Notes: generated by a model not told the origin, from the letters alone. Positions 43,882 through 55,269 are shown, numbered from the stretch's first letter. The stretch: 64,000 nucleotides of DNA from an uncultured delta proteobacterium (GCA_963695875.1 CAVOID010000005.1:32001-96000), one strand, 5' to 3'. Made by a program: numbers and translations.

Positions 43882-44688
43882 TCACATGCTTTTTGAAATT
43901 GATTTATCCAATTCTCTCCTGACTGCCAATCCGAGCCTCGCCAGCACATAAGGTTTCTTAAGATATGCCCCTGCGCCCAACCCCTTAGCCTGATCGACGC
44001 GATCCGTCTCGGAAAAACCGCTCACAATTATCGCCTTCTGTTTCGGGTTGATTTCTAAAATCCTTCTGTAAGTATCCAGTCCGTCAATCCCGGGATCCAT
44101 GATCATGTCCAAAACAATGAGATCGACCCTGTTCTTTTTTACATACTTCACTGCCTCTTCCCCGTTGGGAACAGTCGTTACATTGTATTGCAGCTTATTA
44201 AGCATCTGCGTAGCGAGATCGCGCTGACCCTTTACGTCGTCCACAACCAATATGGATTCGCCGTTCCCCGTGTATTCAGACACGGACACATATATTTCTT
44301 CTTCGGATATTTCTTCTCTCGTTACCGGAAAATAAATGGTGAAGGTGCTTCCTTTTCCCTCTTCACTCTGAACGTTAATATATCCGTTATGATCTTTGAC
44401 CGTACCCCAAACTACTGCTAATCCCAATCCGGTTCCACTTCTTCCCATAACCTGCACATCCGGTAATTTGGCAAGGGTCATGAGGAACTGCCGGGTGCTT
44501 TCCACGGAACGTTCATGGTCGTATGCCAGACTTTGCAAAACTATCAGGGCATCATTCTGCGCTACCTCTATATCACTCTGCAACCGGGTTACTCCCGAAT
44601 AGATAACGATTCCGAGCGCAGGGAGCACCGATAGTAAAACCAATAGAAGCAACTGCGTTCTGATAGACCTGAAAAATGAAAATTTCAC
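43882..44688 (-). pseudogene. Hybrid sensor histidine kinase with a large in-frame internal deletion
   Basis: TM1 and the start of the sensor domain join directly (LPDVQ|VMGRSGTGLGL) to the HATPase G2 box and a receiver domain; no H-box. Confidence 0.75.
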
Positions 44689-44835
44689 ACTGCCTCCTTG
44701 ATTAAGGAACGGATATATCTTTTACACAATATACGACGTCTTGAGTTAGCATTACATTTCGTTTATGTCCAACTAAGATATTTTTTTAGATAAACTGGAT
44801 TAGAAAATCTTCATTACCGGGGGGATTTCCGTGCA

Positions 44836-45319
44836 CTAATTTTTCAAATTGATACGCCCCTCCTTAGAGAAAAGGAAAATTGCGGCTTCCGAATGCCGTC
44901 CTGACATCGGCCTTTCCCTCGATCTTGTAAGGCAGTTCATCCTCGGTGAAAATGGCCTTCAGTATTCCACCCAAGTCTTTGAACTTTGCAACGACAGGTA
45001 TCTGCACTTGTGATGTTGATGATGAGGGGATCACGAGTTCCTTTTCCAAGCGCCCGTTTCCGATTTCCTCATTTTTGAGGTGAAAGGTGTATTCGAAAGA
45101 CTTAAGCGTGAGGTCAAAATGGTTCGGATTTTGAACCTCGAGACCAAGGAGAAGATTCATTCCTGTGGAGGAATTGGGACTGAGAATGACCCCGCGAAGC
45201 ACGAAGGATGGCTTCTCCATGATCCAGCTCAGACAAGACATAAGGAGAATAGAAAGGCTAAAGAGTAGCAATACACTGCGATAAGCCCTCGCCTTCTTTT
45301 GGTCCAATTTCTTCATCAC
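44836..45319 (-). CDS. LEA type 2 (WHy domain) lipoprotein; probable frameshift near the 3' end
   Basis: LMSC lipobox, VQNPN motif; an alternative frame gives the terminus FSKEGRINLKN. Confidence 0.82.
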
Positions 45320-45739
45320 AAATATCTGCCTTTCTTCAACAAGCGGGACAGAGACTTCTTTGGGGGTATTGTAAATTCAATAGCATTGACCCGCCATCTA
45401 ATTTATTGTTGCATGTTAAGTTAGAATTTATCTGTTTTCAATATAAATAACACTTCAGCTGTTCTTTATGATTATTTCAGTCAGTCTGTCTGTTGCGGAC
45501 CATTAAGGATCATCCTCGTATATCATTCATTAAGACCATGATACTGACTTATTAGCTGATACAATTGGGGGGATATTCAAGGCCGGAAAACTGATTGTAT
45601 TACTGGTAAAGGTTTTGAGGAGTTCTCAACTTGGAAGACCTCTAGTTCCAAACATGGTGCACGTCTTCGTGGCACATTATTACTGATGGATTAATAGACA
45701 ATCCGAAAGGCGCTAAGAAGCTCGTTCTCTATCACTGTA

Positions 45740-46054
45740 TCATATATTTATGAATGCCTCATCTCTCATGATTTGCGTACCTTGTGTCCTAGGCTTTTTG
45801 CTTTGGCTTGCATTTCCTTCCCGATTTTCAACTTTAATGAGATAATTACTTATTGATTTAGTCAAATCAGGAAATAAAAGTTCTACCTGGGATACTAAAC
45901 CATGAGACCATTCATAAATCTTTACAGATAATTTTCTGCTCGGAAACGATTTTCTTTTTTCGATGTCGTAAATATGTTGGCGGGAAACTCCAAGCTCTTC
46001 CGAGGCTTGTTTAACAGAAATATAATTTAATTTTCGATATTGATGTAAATTCAT
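45740..46054 (-). CDS. XRE/Cro-like helix-turn-helix protein
   Basis: SVKQASEELGVSRQHIYDIE...PS HTH pattern; AT-rich context. Confidence 0.75.
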   Translation of the reverse strand: MNLHQYRKLNYISVKQASEELGVSRQHIYDIEKRKSFPSRKLSVKIYEWSHGLVSQVELLFPDLTKSISNYLIKVENREGNASQSKKPRTQGTQIMRDEAFINI

Positions 46055-46593
46055 GTTCCTAACCCTATAAATACTCTCTCACTCCTCTGACCTTTTGATT
46101 TGTTAGTTCTCCTAACTCGCAAGATATTTTTAGGAATTTCTAATTTTGCCTATTTTATATGGGAAGAAAATCAGAAAAACAATATTAAAATGTTCATAAA
46201 TAATATTAACAAATTACTAATATTAGACGAAGATGACAGGTAGTACCGAAGGTTACGCCTTTATTAAAGCTTCTTCCACTTATTACTGATGGAAATACGC
46301 AATATTTTAACATTGTTGCTCTCGATGATTACGGAAAGGAAGGGTTATTTTAGTTATATAATTGTCACTTGAAGGCAAGTATAAAGGGTTATTAATGTGG
46401 GTGGAAATCAAGCATATAGGAAAGAAGCAAGCTCTCAGTCAAGAACTTAAGCGGGTTGAGGTGGAGCCACTATTGGCAAATAACAAGAGTTAAACCCGTG
46501 GTTCAGGTTGAAATTTAACGACCGACTGTATAAATATAGAAATTTTAAAAGGGCGAGATTTTAATTTCTCGTCCCCTCTTTACATCTCAGGGT

Positions 46594-47064
46594 TCACGCA
46601 GCCGTTTCCTCTATTATCAGATCATCCTGAATATTTATGCACCCTATGACACTCTGAGCCGCAGGACATTTGGCCAGATAGGAAGAAAAGGATTCCCTGG
46701 CCTCGGGAACCTTGTCCTTAGGCACCTTAAGGTGATACTTGACACGAATCTGCGTGATTTTGAGAACATCATTGACGTTCTCTATGTCTCCTTCCACATC
46801 CGCCCAAAAAAGATCTTCAAAAGTGCGGATTTTCTTTCCAGCCAGCACCGTGGCCAGTGTTCCCATCATTCAGGCAGAGGTTGCCGCTACTATATGGTCG
46901 AGAGTTGCGGCATGCTCCTCGTCTGGTTCAACTTTATAAAATCGCTTGATGCCGCCATGAACACCATAATAAACCGGCTCAGAAAACCCTTCAATAATGG
47001 CTCTTCGTGTAGGCCCCTTTTCCCGGACAACTTTGACACGTGATGTGTGGACGACTTCTCCCAT
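46594..47064 (-). CDS. OsmC-family selenoprotein (in-frame UGA at 46870-46872)
   Basis: ORFs 46870..47064 and 46594..46869 abut in frame: LDHIVAATSA-UGA-MMGTL, at the position of the first OsmC Cys; second Cys in KCPAAQS; GGAGG RBS. Confidence 0.85.
46838..46857 (-). promoter_or_regulatory. Candidate bacterial SECIS hairpin
   Basis: CTGGCCA-CGGTGC-TGGCTGG stem-loop beginning 13 nt after the UGA, with G in the loop. Confidence 0.55.
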
Positions 47065-47141
47065 AATTCCCTCCTTCCTTTCAGCAAAACCATCGACAGG
47101 TTAAACGTATCGAACTTCTTAAAATAATGGAAGTTAGTTGG

Positions 47142-47179
47142 AAAAAGAGGCCATGTTCCACTAGGGAATGGCCTCTTTT
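47142..47179 (-). terminator. Intrinsic terminator after the OmpA gene
   Basis: AAAAGAGGCCAT...ATGGCCTCTTTT inverted repeat with A/T tails. Confidence 0.75.
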
Positions 47180-47186
47180 GCAGGCG

Positions 47187-48215
47187 TTATTTCTCAATGG
47201 TATATTCTACAGCGGCTTCAACCCTCCGGTTTTTCTGTCTTCCTTCCTTGGTTGAATTGCTCGCGATAGGTTTGGAATACCCGAACCCCTTTGTCATGAG
47301 TCGAGATGGCTCGATATTGAATTTGGTTACCATGACACTTTTTATCGCTTCCGCACGCTTCTGGGAAAGATTAAGATTGTATTTCTCTCCCCCAACATTG
47401 TCTGTATGCCCTTCAATAACAATCTTCAGATCTGGATATTTCTTCATAACCTCGGCAACACTTTGAATGTCTTTATAATATTTTGGCTTTACAACTGCTT
47501 TGTCAAAATCGAACTCGACATCCAGTGTGACTCGACCTTTCTCGAGTATCTTCTGCTCTACCTCAGGTACCTTCTTCATCTCCTCTACCGGGGGCGGCGG
47601 CGGCGCAGGTTCCGGTTCCTTTACCGGAGGAGGGGGTGGTGGCGCTGGTTCTGGTTCCCTTGCCGGCGGTGGCGGTGGCGCTTTCGTCCCACCAAAATAG
47701 AATGTCAATCCCAGGGCGTATTCAAGATTATTATAGATGCTTCCCGTTGTAAGAACATACCGTACATCCGCCCGGAGGGCCAGCCAGTCGGTTATAAAGT
47801 ATTTGACACCGGGACCGATGTCAAACGCTGCCCTTGTTTTGCTCTCGAAATTGCCGGCATAGTTAATAGACATGCCGCCGACTCCGACTGCTACAAAGGG
47901 AACAAACTTGCTATCCGGCATGAAGTGGTATAGTCCTTCGAGCCTGTAATTAAACACATCGGTTGTCTTGTCCTGCGTCGGTTGATACTTGGTGGCAACA
48001 TAATCCAATACCACTTCAGCTCCCCAGTTCTTGGTGAAATCATAACCGAGCCGCAGACCATAAACCGGCCGATGATCAAGATCCTCATCACCGTCAAACC
48101 AGAAGCCGCCAAAGAACGGGGAAACCGAAAAGGCACCAGGGCGTACCTGACAAAAACCTGAAGTTGCTACTACGATGACAAAAATAAAGACAATAAATTG
48201 AATGCCTCTTTTCAT
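47187..48215 (-). CDS. OmpA/OprF-family outer membrane protein
   Basis: Beta-barrel N-terminus, Pro-rich linker, then FDFDK, IEGHTD, NLSQKRA and NRRVE of the OmpA_C domain. Confidence 0.95.
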   Translation of the reverse strand: MKRGIQFIVFIFVIVVATSGFCQVRPGAFSVSPFFGGFWFDGDEDLDHRPVYGLRLGYDFTKNWGAEVVLDYVATKYQPTQDKTTDVFNYRLEGLYHFMPDSKFVPFVAVGVGGMSINYAGNFESKTRAAFDIGPGVKYFITDWLALRADVRYVLTTGSIYNNLEYALGLTFYFGGTKAPPPPPAREPEPAPPPPPPVKEPEPAPPPPPVEEMKKVPEVEQKILEKGRVTLDVEFDFDKAVVKPKYYKDIQSVAEVMKKYPDLKIVIEGHTDNVGGEKYNLNLSQKRAEAIKSVMVTKFNIEPSRLMTKGFGYSKPIASNSTKEGRQKNRRVEAAVEYTIEK

Positions 48216-48559
48216 GACAATTTGTCCCTCCTTTCTGAGATTAGGTTAATCAATTAAATACAGGATCATCCAAAAACTAACAGAGCCTCTTATAGTGGTG
48301 ATGATGTCTGAGATTTCTAATAATTAATGGACTCCTGAACAGAATATACGCAATACACGATGTATGGTGATTTGCCCGTTTTTTCTGAATCATGCAGCAG
48401 TAAATTGTGATTACAATTTTATAATTTAACAATAAAAGAATATGAAATTGTGAAATGACGAACAATCAGGAAGACCCTGGTTTGAGGCTTCTAAAAACCT
48501 TAGAACACATTTTTTTATGGCAATGAAATTAGGCTTATATTTTTAAAGGTCTCAAGGGA

Positions 48560-50279
48560 CTACCGGATGTCCGGCAGAAAGGCAACAGCCCATGTCCCGG
48601 GGCCCATGTGTGCGCCCGAGGTAAGAGACAGAGGATGTACGATGATCCGGGCTTTTGGATAGCTCTTCGCCACGTCGTTCCTGACGTCATCCACCCATGG
48701 GCGGTTGTCTGAATATTCCAGCATGATCAGGGCCTTCTCTTCCGTATGAAGGGATCGTCCCATGGCTTCCATAGCAAAACGCAGTTGCTCTTCCCGGTTC
48801 CGTACAACGCCCACCTTGCAGGCGCCCTCGGGCATGGGACTTACGATGGGTTTCATGCGGAGCATGTCGCCGAAGAAGGCCCCCGTTTTTGAGAGCCGCC
48901 CTCCGGCAGCCACGTATTCGAGGCGGTCAAGGAACACATACTCCTCGCAACGGGTCATGGCCTGCCGGGCGAAGTCTACAACTTGCTCAGATTCGCGGGC
49001 CTCAAAGGCATAGGAAGCCGCAGCCAGAGCGAGCACTCCGAGACGCCCCGAGGCCGCGCCGGTGTCAATTACTGTAAGGCGGTCCTCCGGATCATGCCCC
49101 CGTTTCCAGTCCATGACTACGCCGTAGTTCCCCGTAAAGGCCGATCCGACGCACAGGTAAAGAACATGCGAATGAAGGCTCATGACGCTTTCATAGATCT
49201 GGTGACGCTCGAAGACGGAGGCCTGGGCGGTTGTCACCCGCGCTCCTCTCCGCATGGCGCCGTAAAGTTCTTCCGGACGGAAATAGGTCTCCGGCAGAGA
49301 GCGTTCACCGATGGTGATGTAGCTGTCCAGGAGACTGATCCCCAGGGTCTTTGCCTCCTGTCTCGTCAGCGAACCTGCTGCATCGGTCATGATATGGATG
49401 ACGGGTTCCGGCTGCGTGCTGCCGAAGGCGGATGTCTGACGATACAGGTCATCCTCCGCCCAATCGATTACCTGGCCGAAGCCTGGCTAGCTTCCGGCGG
49501 GCATCCTCCCGGTCCGGGTGTGGAAATGGACCTTCAGATAAGCAATCTTCCCGGGTCACAACAACGGACTTGCCGAGGGACGCGAGCATCTGCCCGTCAT
49601 CTTTCACATCTTTTTCAGTGTGAAGAACCGTGTCCACGCAGTAACCGGTTTCCGGATCCTCACCATAGGATGGCGATACCTGCAGTCTATCCCGAAAGGC
49701 CTCCGTTACTGTACGGAAGGGTATCCGGCCACTCTGCTAGGATATGGAAAAATCCCTCGAAGTAAAGGAACATGCCCAGGGCGCCGGCATCCACTACCCC
49801 GGCCTTACGGAGCTTGGGCTGCTGGTCCGTCGTGTCCCGGACAGCGGCTTCCAGATGCATCAGAACCTCGGCGATGTCGATCGGGGCCGGAGATGGCATA
49901 GGCGTCGGAAAGAACTGCCGCCAGGGCATCAAAGAAGCTCAGCATCGTCCCCGGCCGGGGATCGGGCACAGCCTGCCATGCGTGATCGCGCCCCAGCCGG
50001 ACGGCATCTGTTAGGCATTTCCCGAGAGTTGGTCTGAATGAAATACTGGAAGAACCAGGAAGCGATGTTTCCCGAATTTCCCCGGGCCGAAAGGAGAAGA
50101 TCACGGGAAAGGGCCTGCATATCCCGGTCGGGCCGGCGGAGCGGCGCTAAGCTGATGACGAGGTTACGGCCTGTGTCTCCATCGGCAATGGGAAAGACAT
50201 TGATCCGGTCCAGGAGATCCGCCCAGGCCGTGAGGCGCTCGACGCCGGCGACAAGGGCCTGCCGGAAATCTTCCATCAT
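48560..50279 (-). CDS. DAK2 (FakA-like)-DegV (FakB-like) fusion, fatty acid kinase-like; several frameshifts
   Basis: INVFPIADGDTGRNL, ARGNSG, GTMLS and GVVDAGA motifs, then DegV motifs TDAAGSL, TTAQAS, GGRL, KPI and AHMGPG. Confidence 0.82.
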
Positions 50280-50336
50280 GGCTTAAAACCAGGAGTCTGC
50301 CGGATCTCATGCCATTTCGAATCATGGAACATCATG

Positions 50337-51888
50337 TTATCTCCTGAACAGGTCTGATTCGGCGATGGCACCGGCAAGCCGTTCGATGTCCGTGTCCATC
50401 TCGCGATCTTCCAGGAGCGCTTCCGACAGGGACCGAATCTGTCCGATAAGGGCGAGAAGCAGCGGCCTGACATCGAGGTTCCCCCGGATCTCACAGCCCT
50501 GGGCGGCGGCGAGGAGATGGATGGCCAGAACCCGTTCCGTCAGGGTGCAGATCCGTTCCGCATCCCGGGCGGCGATGGTCCCCATACTGACCTTGTCCTG
50601 ATTGTGGGATTCCGTGGAACGCGAGAAGGAAGCAGCAGGCATGGTCAGTTTCAAGCGCCTCCGCCGCCAAGGCCGACGTGGACAGGGACATGGCCTTGAA
50701 TCCATGGTGAAAGACAGAGTCCTCTCCCGCAACCCGCACCAGGTCTGCCGGGAGTCCCCGGTTGAGAAGGGGATCCACCAGGAGGGCCACCTGCCGGTCC
50801 GACATGTCCGCTACGGAGGCCAGGGCCGCCTTCAGGGCATCCATGGCAAAGGCCATATGACCGCCGTAGAAATTCCCGCTCATGAGCGGCTGACCCGTTT
50901 CCGGATCGAAGATGGGGTTGTCATTGGCGCTGTTCGCCTCCGTCTCAACCCACTGCCCGAATCCATGTCAGGGCATCATAGAGAACCCCGACGATCTGCG
51001 GGGCGCACCGGAGGGAATAGGGATCCTGCAAGGCTCCCCGGGCGTGGGATTCAAGATCGCCGTTATTTGTATCTACCTGGAGCAGCTCCGTCAGCCGCCT
51101 GGCGACGTGGATCTGCCCCGGAAAGGGTTTTGCCTCACCGATGGCGGGATGGAAGTGGAGGAATTTACCTTTCAGGGCATGCACGGTGAGGGCCGTGGCA
51201 CAGATGGATGCATCAAGGATCCGCCCCGCTCTCTCCACGGCGAGAGCGGCTATTCCCGTCATGGTGGACGTGCCGTTCATCATGGAGATGGCCTCCTTAG
51301 GCGCAAAGGCATACGGAACAAGGCCCGCAAGTTTCAGTGCCTCTGGCGGCGGGCATGCGCTCGCCCCGGTAGAAAACCTCCCGCTCACCCGTCAGGGCCG
51401 CCGTCACGTAGGACATAGGGGTCAGGTCCCCGGAAGCCCCCACGGATCCCTCACAGGGAACGACGGGTGTAATGCCGTGGTTGAGAAATGCTGCCAGCCT
51501 CTCCAGAAGCCCTAAAGATACACCGGAATACCCCGCGGCCAGACAGAGGAGGCGGCAGAGCATCGCCGCCCGTGTGGCGGGAACGCTGATAGGCTCGCCG
51601 GTACCGCAGCCATGAAACCGGATGAGATTGGCTCCCCTGTGCTTCCGCACCTGGTCTTGCTTCAGGCGCTTGCCGCAGGATCTTGCCAAAACCCGTAGAA
51701 ACACCGTAGACGGGAATTCCATCACGAATGGCATTATGGAGCATGGCCTCACTCCGGCGGATCCGCTCCTGGAAGGATCGCTCCCGGCTGAGCTTCACCG
51801 AAGCTTTTCCCCGGGCCACGGCAACGATCTGCGAGAGTGTCACCGGCCCCTCGCCAATAATAACTTCTTCGGTAACACGTCGCTTCAT
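50337..51888 (-). CDS. MIO-dependent aromatic amino acid ammonia-lyase (PAL/TAL/HAL family); several frameshifts
   Basis: VYGVSTGFG, GSVGASGDL (MIO), NGTS, QDPYSLRC, GNFYG and HNQDKVSMG; GGAGG RBS before the ATG at 51888. Confidence 0.9.
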
Positions 51889-53165
51889 GACTGACCTCCG
51901 GAGATCTCTTCCATTTGTCCCAAACCGGCGGGTCATCAGTTCCCGCCTGCGGCCACGGTATGTGCCGTCGGCCTTCTCCTTTTCCATGACCTTCTGCAGG
52001 AGCTTGAACATCTTGTATGTCTGGGGCTCATCCCGATAGAATGTGTCCCAGGCATAGGTGTAGAGCTCCTGGAGTTTCTCCGGCGTCATATGTCAGGGCT
52101 GGAAGACCACCTTGTCCGCCGTGTAATCGTTCCAGTCGTAGGAGAGGATGCGCCCGGCCCGGTGCAGGTCATCGAAGGCCCGGGTGTGGGGAAAGGGCGT
52201 GAGGATGGTGAATTCAGCAAGGTCCAGGTTGATCTCCATGAGAAAATCCACAAGCCGCCGGATGTCGTCCTCCGTATGGTCATCGAGACCCAGGAGGATC
52301 GTCCCCTCCACGGCGATGCCGTGGTCATGGTAGCGTCGGATACGCTCCCGGATATAGTCCGACGTATCGAAAATAGCCTGATAGACGTACCAGGCCCCCG
52401 CCCGGGCGGCCAGATCAAGAATCTCGTCGTCATCCTCGATGGGATGGCAGCACCATTTCTTCTTCAGGGGGATCATGGCTCTAAACAATTCACGTTCCCA
52501 ATCCTTGTCCTGGGCTAGAGAATTGTCCACGATAAACAGGCGGTTGTTGTCGATTGCCGCCAGTTCCTCCACCACCTTGTCAATGGGACGGGGACGGAAC
52601 TTCCTCCCTCCCAGAAACGCTACGCAGCAGGGATAGCAGTTGAAGCGGCATCCCCGCGACGCATGCACGAGATCAACCATCTGCACACCCTTGTAATAGT
52701 AAAACTCGCGTTTTAATATGTCTCTTCTCGCCGTTCCGATGGATGCTGCGGGGGGAAATCCATCAGGTAATCATATAGCTTCTGCAGCCTGCCGTTTCTG
52801 AAATCACGGAAGACACTCTCCATCCTGCCTTCCGCCTCACCGAGGAAGACGGCATCGGCATGCAGCATGGTTTCCTCTGCGTGAAGCATCGTCGCGATAC
52901 CGCCGAAAATAACCTTGATTCCCCTCTGCCTGTACCTGTCGGCAATCTCCCAGCCTCGTTTTATCTGGCTGGTCAGCATCATTGATATACCTACGAAATC
53001 CGGGGAATCATCAAAGTTGACGGATTCCACATTTTCATCGATAAAATCGACTTCCACTTCATCGGGCAGCGTCGCAGCAAAGACAACGGGGCCGTGTGGC
53101 GGAAGGTGAAATTCCGTCTGCCTTTCCAGCTTCTTCCATTTCGGGTAGATTAGTTTAAATTTCAC
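51885..53165 (-). CDS. B12-binding radical SAM protein 2; frameshifts near 52750, 52092 and 51920
   Basis: IDENVE, GGIA, GEAEG, SRGCRFNCYPC and ILTPFPHT motifs. Confidence 0.88.
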
Positions 53166-53189
53166 ATCTGCTTCCTGATTTTTTTACTT

Positions 53190-53903
53190 TTATTCATCAT
53201 CCGGTGATTCCCCGGGGTGTAACCGTATCACCCCGGCTGAAACCGGTTCCGCATTGATCAACGTCAGAAGCAGCGAATAGTCCCATGAGTCGAAAGCAGT
53301 CAGTTTAACCGATGCCGGAATCCAGTCCTTTACAGAAGATGCATTTACCCTCCGAATAGTTTCATGGCTGTCACTATATACTCCGATCTCCCATGAATTA
53401 TCTTGACTTACGATCACATCGATAACCTTGCCCTGACTTCCGTCATACCGGCAGATCGTTGATCTATCTTCAAGCACGCCGGCACTTGAAAGCCGACCCT
53501 GCGGGGCAAGTAAGATGAGACGGACATCCTCCATCAAGTACTTGGCAAAATGTTTGGCATTAAATGGCGGCACTGCCCGCTTCACGCACACTTCTTTCCC
53601 ATATTGTGCGTCAAACAAAACAAACCCCTCGATGGTCATGATTACGCTATGGATCGTCTCAGATGCCGGATCAATAATAGTCACACCCACAACCGTTCCT
53701 GCCCCGCCGCCGGGGAGTGTCACCTCAATAGCATGGACAAAGCGATAGGGGATATCGACGAATGGCTGATGACAGCGCCGCATGATATCCGGCAAAACCG
53801 CCTCATCCACAGGTTTAATGATCGGCAGCCTGCTGCACGAGATGAGGAAAAGAATCAATATTAATATGAGGAACCGGCGTATGGGCAACATACAACTCTT
53901 CAT
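53190..53903 (-). CDS. Lipoprotein of an aryl-polyene-type cluster (DUF3261-like)
   Basis: LISC lipobox; position after the LolA-like gene; family assignment is tentative. Confidence 0.65.
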   Translation of the reverse strand: MKSCMLPIRRFLILILILFLISCSRLPIIKPVDEAVLPDIMRRCHQPFVDIPYRFVHAIEVTLPGGGAGTVVGVTIIDPASETIHSVIMTIEGFVLFDAQYGKEVCVKRAVPPFNAKHFAKYLMEDVRLILLAPQGRLSSAGVLEDRSTICRYDGSQGKVIDVIVSQDNSWEIGVYSDSHETIRRVNASSVKDWIPASVKLTAFDSWDYSLLLTLINAEPVSAGVIRLHPGESPDDE

Positions 53904-54541
53904 CCCACTTCCCGAAACAACGACTCACTGATCTTCCCGTTAATCTGCACGTCTGCAAATTCAAAGAGAGTATAATTCCCCTCACTTTCTATAATCTTTA
54001 CATATTTGATAACACCCGGTCGGTCAGGTGATAAGGTTATCTCGATACGCGCTATCATGGACGACAGCCCTCTTTCCTTCGGCGTAAGGATAATCTTGGG
54101 CCCCTTTCCCCCTTTCAGGGTCGCCGAGAAATTTTCATTCGCGGTGAACTGCCCGGTGCTCCACCGGCTGATCTCCTGAAGAACGATTTGCATTGACTCA
54201 AGGGACCCGCCTTTATCCTCCACGAGACCCCTGCTCCCTGCGGTATACCGTCTGATGTCTCCCTTACGCATGAGAAGAATACTTCTTATGGGAGATGTAT
54301 ATTCCCATCTGACCGAATCGGGTGCCTGAAAATAAAAAAGCCCCTTTGAGACAAGGGGTCTGGTAAGGATCTGCATGTGTTTTTCCTGAGAGAAGTGAGC
54401 GCTCACAGATTTTATCTTCGCCGATTCCCTCCGGATATCCTCCCAGTTATCAGCCCACCCCAGCGTGATTGCACAGGAAAGAAATACCCCTATGAGGAAC
54501 ACACCTCTTTTTGCTCTGCCCTTTGTCGTCATGAAATACAT
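53900..54541 (-). CDS. LolA-like lipid/lipoprotein carrier protein
   Basis: AHFSQEK...SKGLFYFQAPDSVRWEYTSP motif; signal peptide. Confidence 0.85.
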   Translation of the reverse strand: MYFMTTKGRAKRGVFLIGVFLSCAITLGWADNWEDIRRESAKIKSVSAHFSQEKHMQILTRPLVSKGLFYFQAPDSVRWEYTSPIRSILLMRKGDIRRYTAGSRGLVEDKGGSLESMQIVLQEISRWSTGQFTANENFSATLKGGKGPKIILTPKERGLSSMIARIEITLSPDRPGVIKYVKIIESEGNYTLFEFADVQINGKISESLFREVG

Positions 54542-55269
54542 TAAAACATGCCGCCGTTGACGGAAATAACCTGTCCTGTTATATATGAGGCGTCGTCTGA
54601 ACACAGGAAACGGACTACTTTGGCCACCTCCTCCGGCCTTCCGATCCTTGCCATGGGAATAATGTCCTTGATTCTATCCACCGGAGCACCCTTGATCATC
54701 TCCGTATCGATCAGCCCGGGGGCAACTACATTGACCCGGACACCCAGCCTTGCCACTTCTGAAGCAAGGGAGCGGCTGGCGGCGATCAACCCCGACTTTG
54801 CCGCAGCATAGTTGGCCTGTCCCCTGTTCGCGAGGAGAGCAGACACGGACGAAATGGAGACAACTGATCCCCTGCGATTCCTAACCATCGCCTTTATGAC
54901 CGGCTTCGTTACGTTATAAAAGCCCTTCAGGGTCGTCTGGATAACTGTATCCCAGTCTGCCTCAGGCATCAGCATGAAGAGGCCGTCGGCGGTAACTCCT
55001 GCATTATTCACGAGGACTCGAAGGTTTTTGTGCTGCGAGATTATTTCATCCATCTGCCTTACCGCTTCTTTTGAGTCTGCCACATCAAAGCGGACCTTTT
55101 CCCCACTGCCTTTCTTCGATCTGATAATATCCAGGGTTTCCTCGGCAGACCGATCGTTCGATTTGTATGTTATGATCACCCGATATCCCGCATCGGACAG
55201 TTCGACTGCAATGGCACGGCCAATGCCCCGACTGCCGCCAGTCACGAGGGCGACCGGTCCTTCACTCAT
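54541..55269 (-). CDS. fabG: 3-oxoacyl-ACP reductase
   Basis: TGGSRGIG, NNAG, YAAAK, VAPGLIDT and SVNGG motifs. Confidence 0.93.
   Translation of the reverse strand: MSEGPVALVTGGSRGIGRAIAVELSDAGYRVIITYKSNDRSAEETLDIIRSKKGSGEKVRFDVADSKEAVRQMDEIISQHKNLRVLVNNAGVTADGLFMLMPEADWDTVIQTTLKGFYNVTKPVIKAMVRNRRGSVVSISSVSALLANRGQANYAAAKSGLIAASRSLASEVARLGVRVNVVAPGLIDTEMIKGAPVDRIKDIIPMARIGRPEEVAKVVRFLCSDDASYITGQVISVNGGMF

Noticed and set aside
47585..47682. GGC/GGT-rich repeats as a DNA repeat array
   Set aside because: They encode the Pro-rich linker of the OmpA protein.
48448..48465. Rex operator upstream of the OmpA gene
   Set aside because: Only the left half-site (TTGTGAA) matches.
51451..52089. Apparent radical SAM-ammonia-lyase fusion in one ORF
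   Set aside because: The lyase has its own GGAGG RBS and ATG at 51888. Removing one G from the GGG near 51920 ends the rSAM at an overlapping ATGA, so the fusion is most likely an indel artefact.
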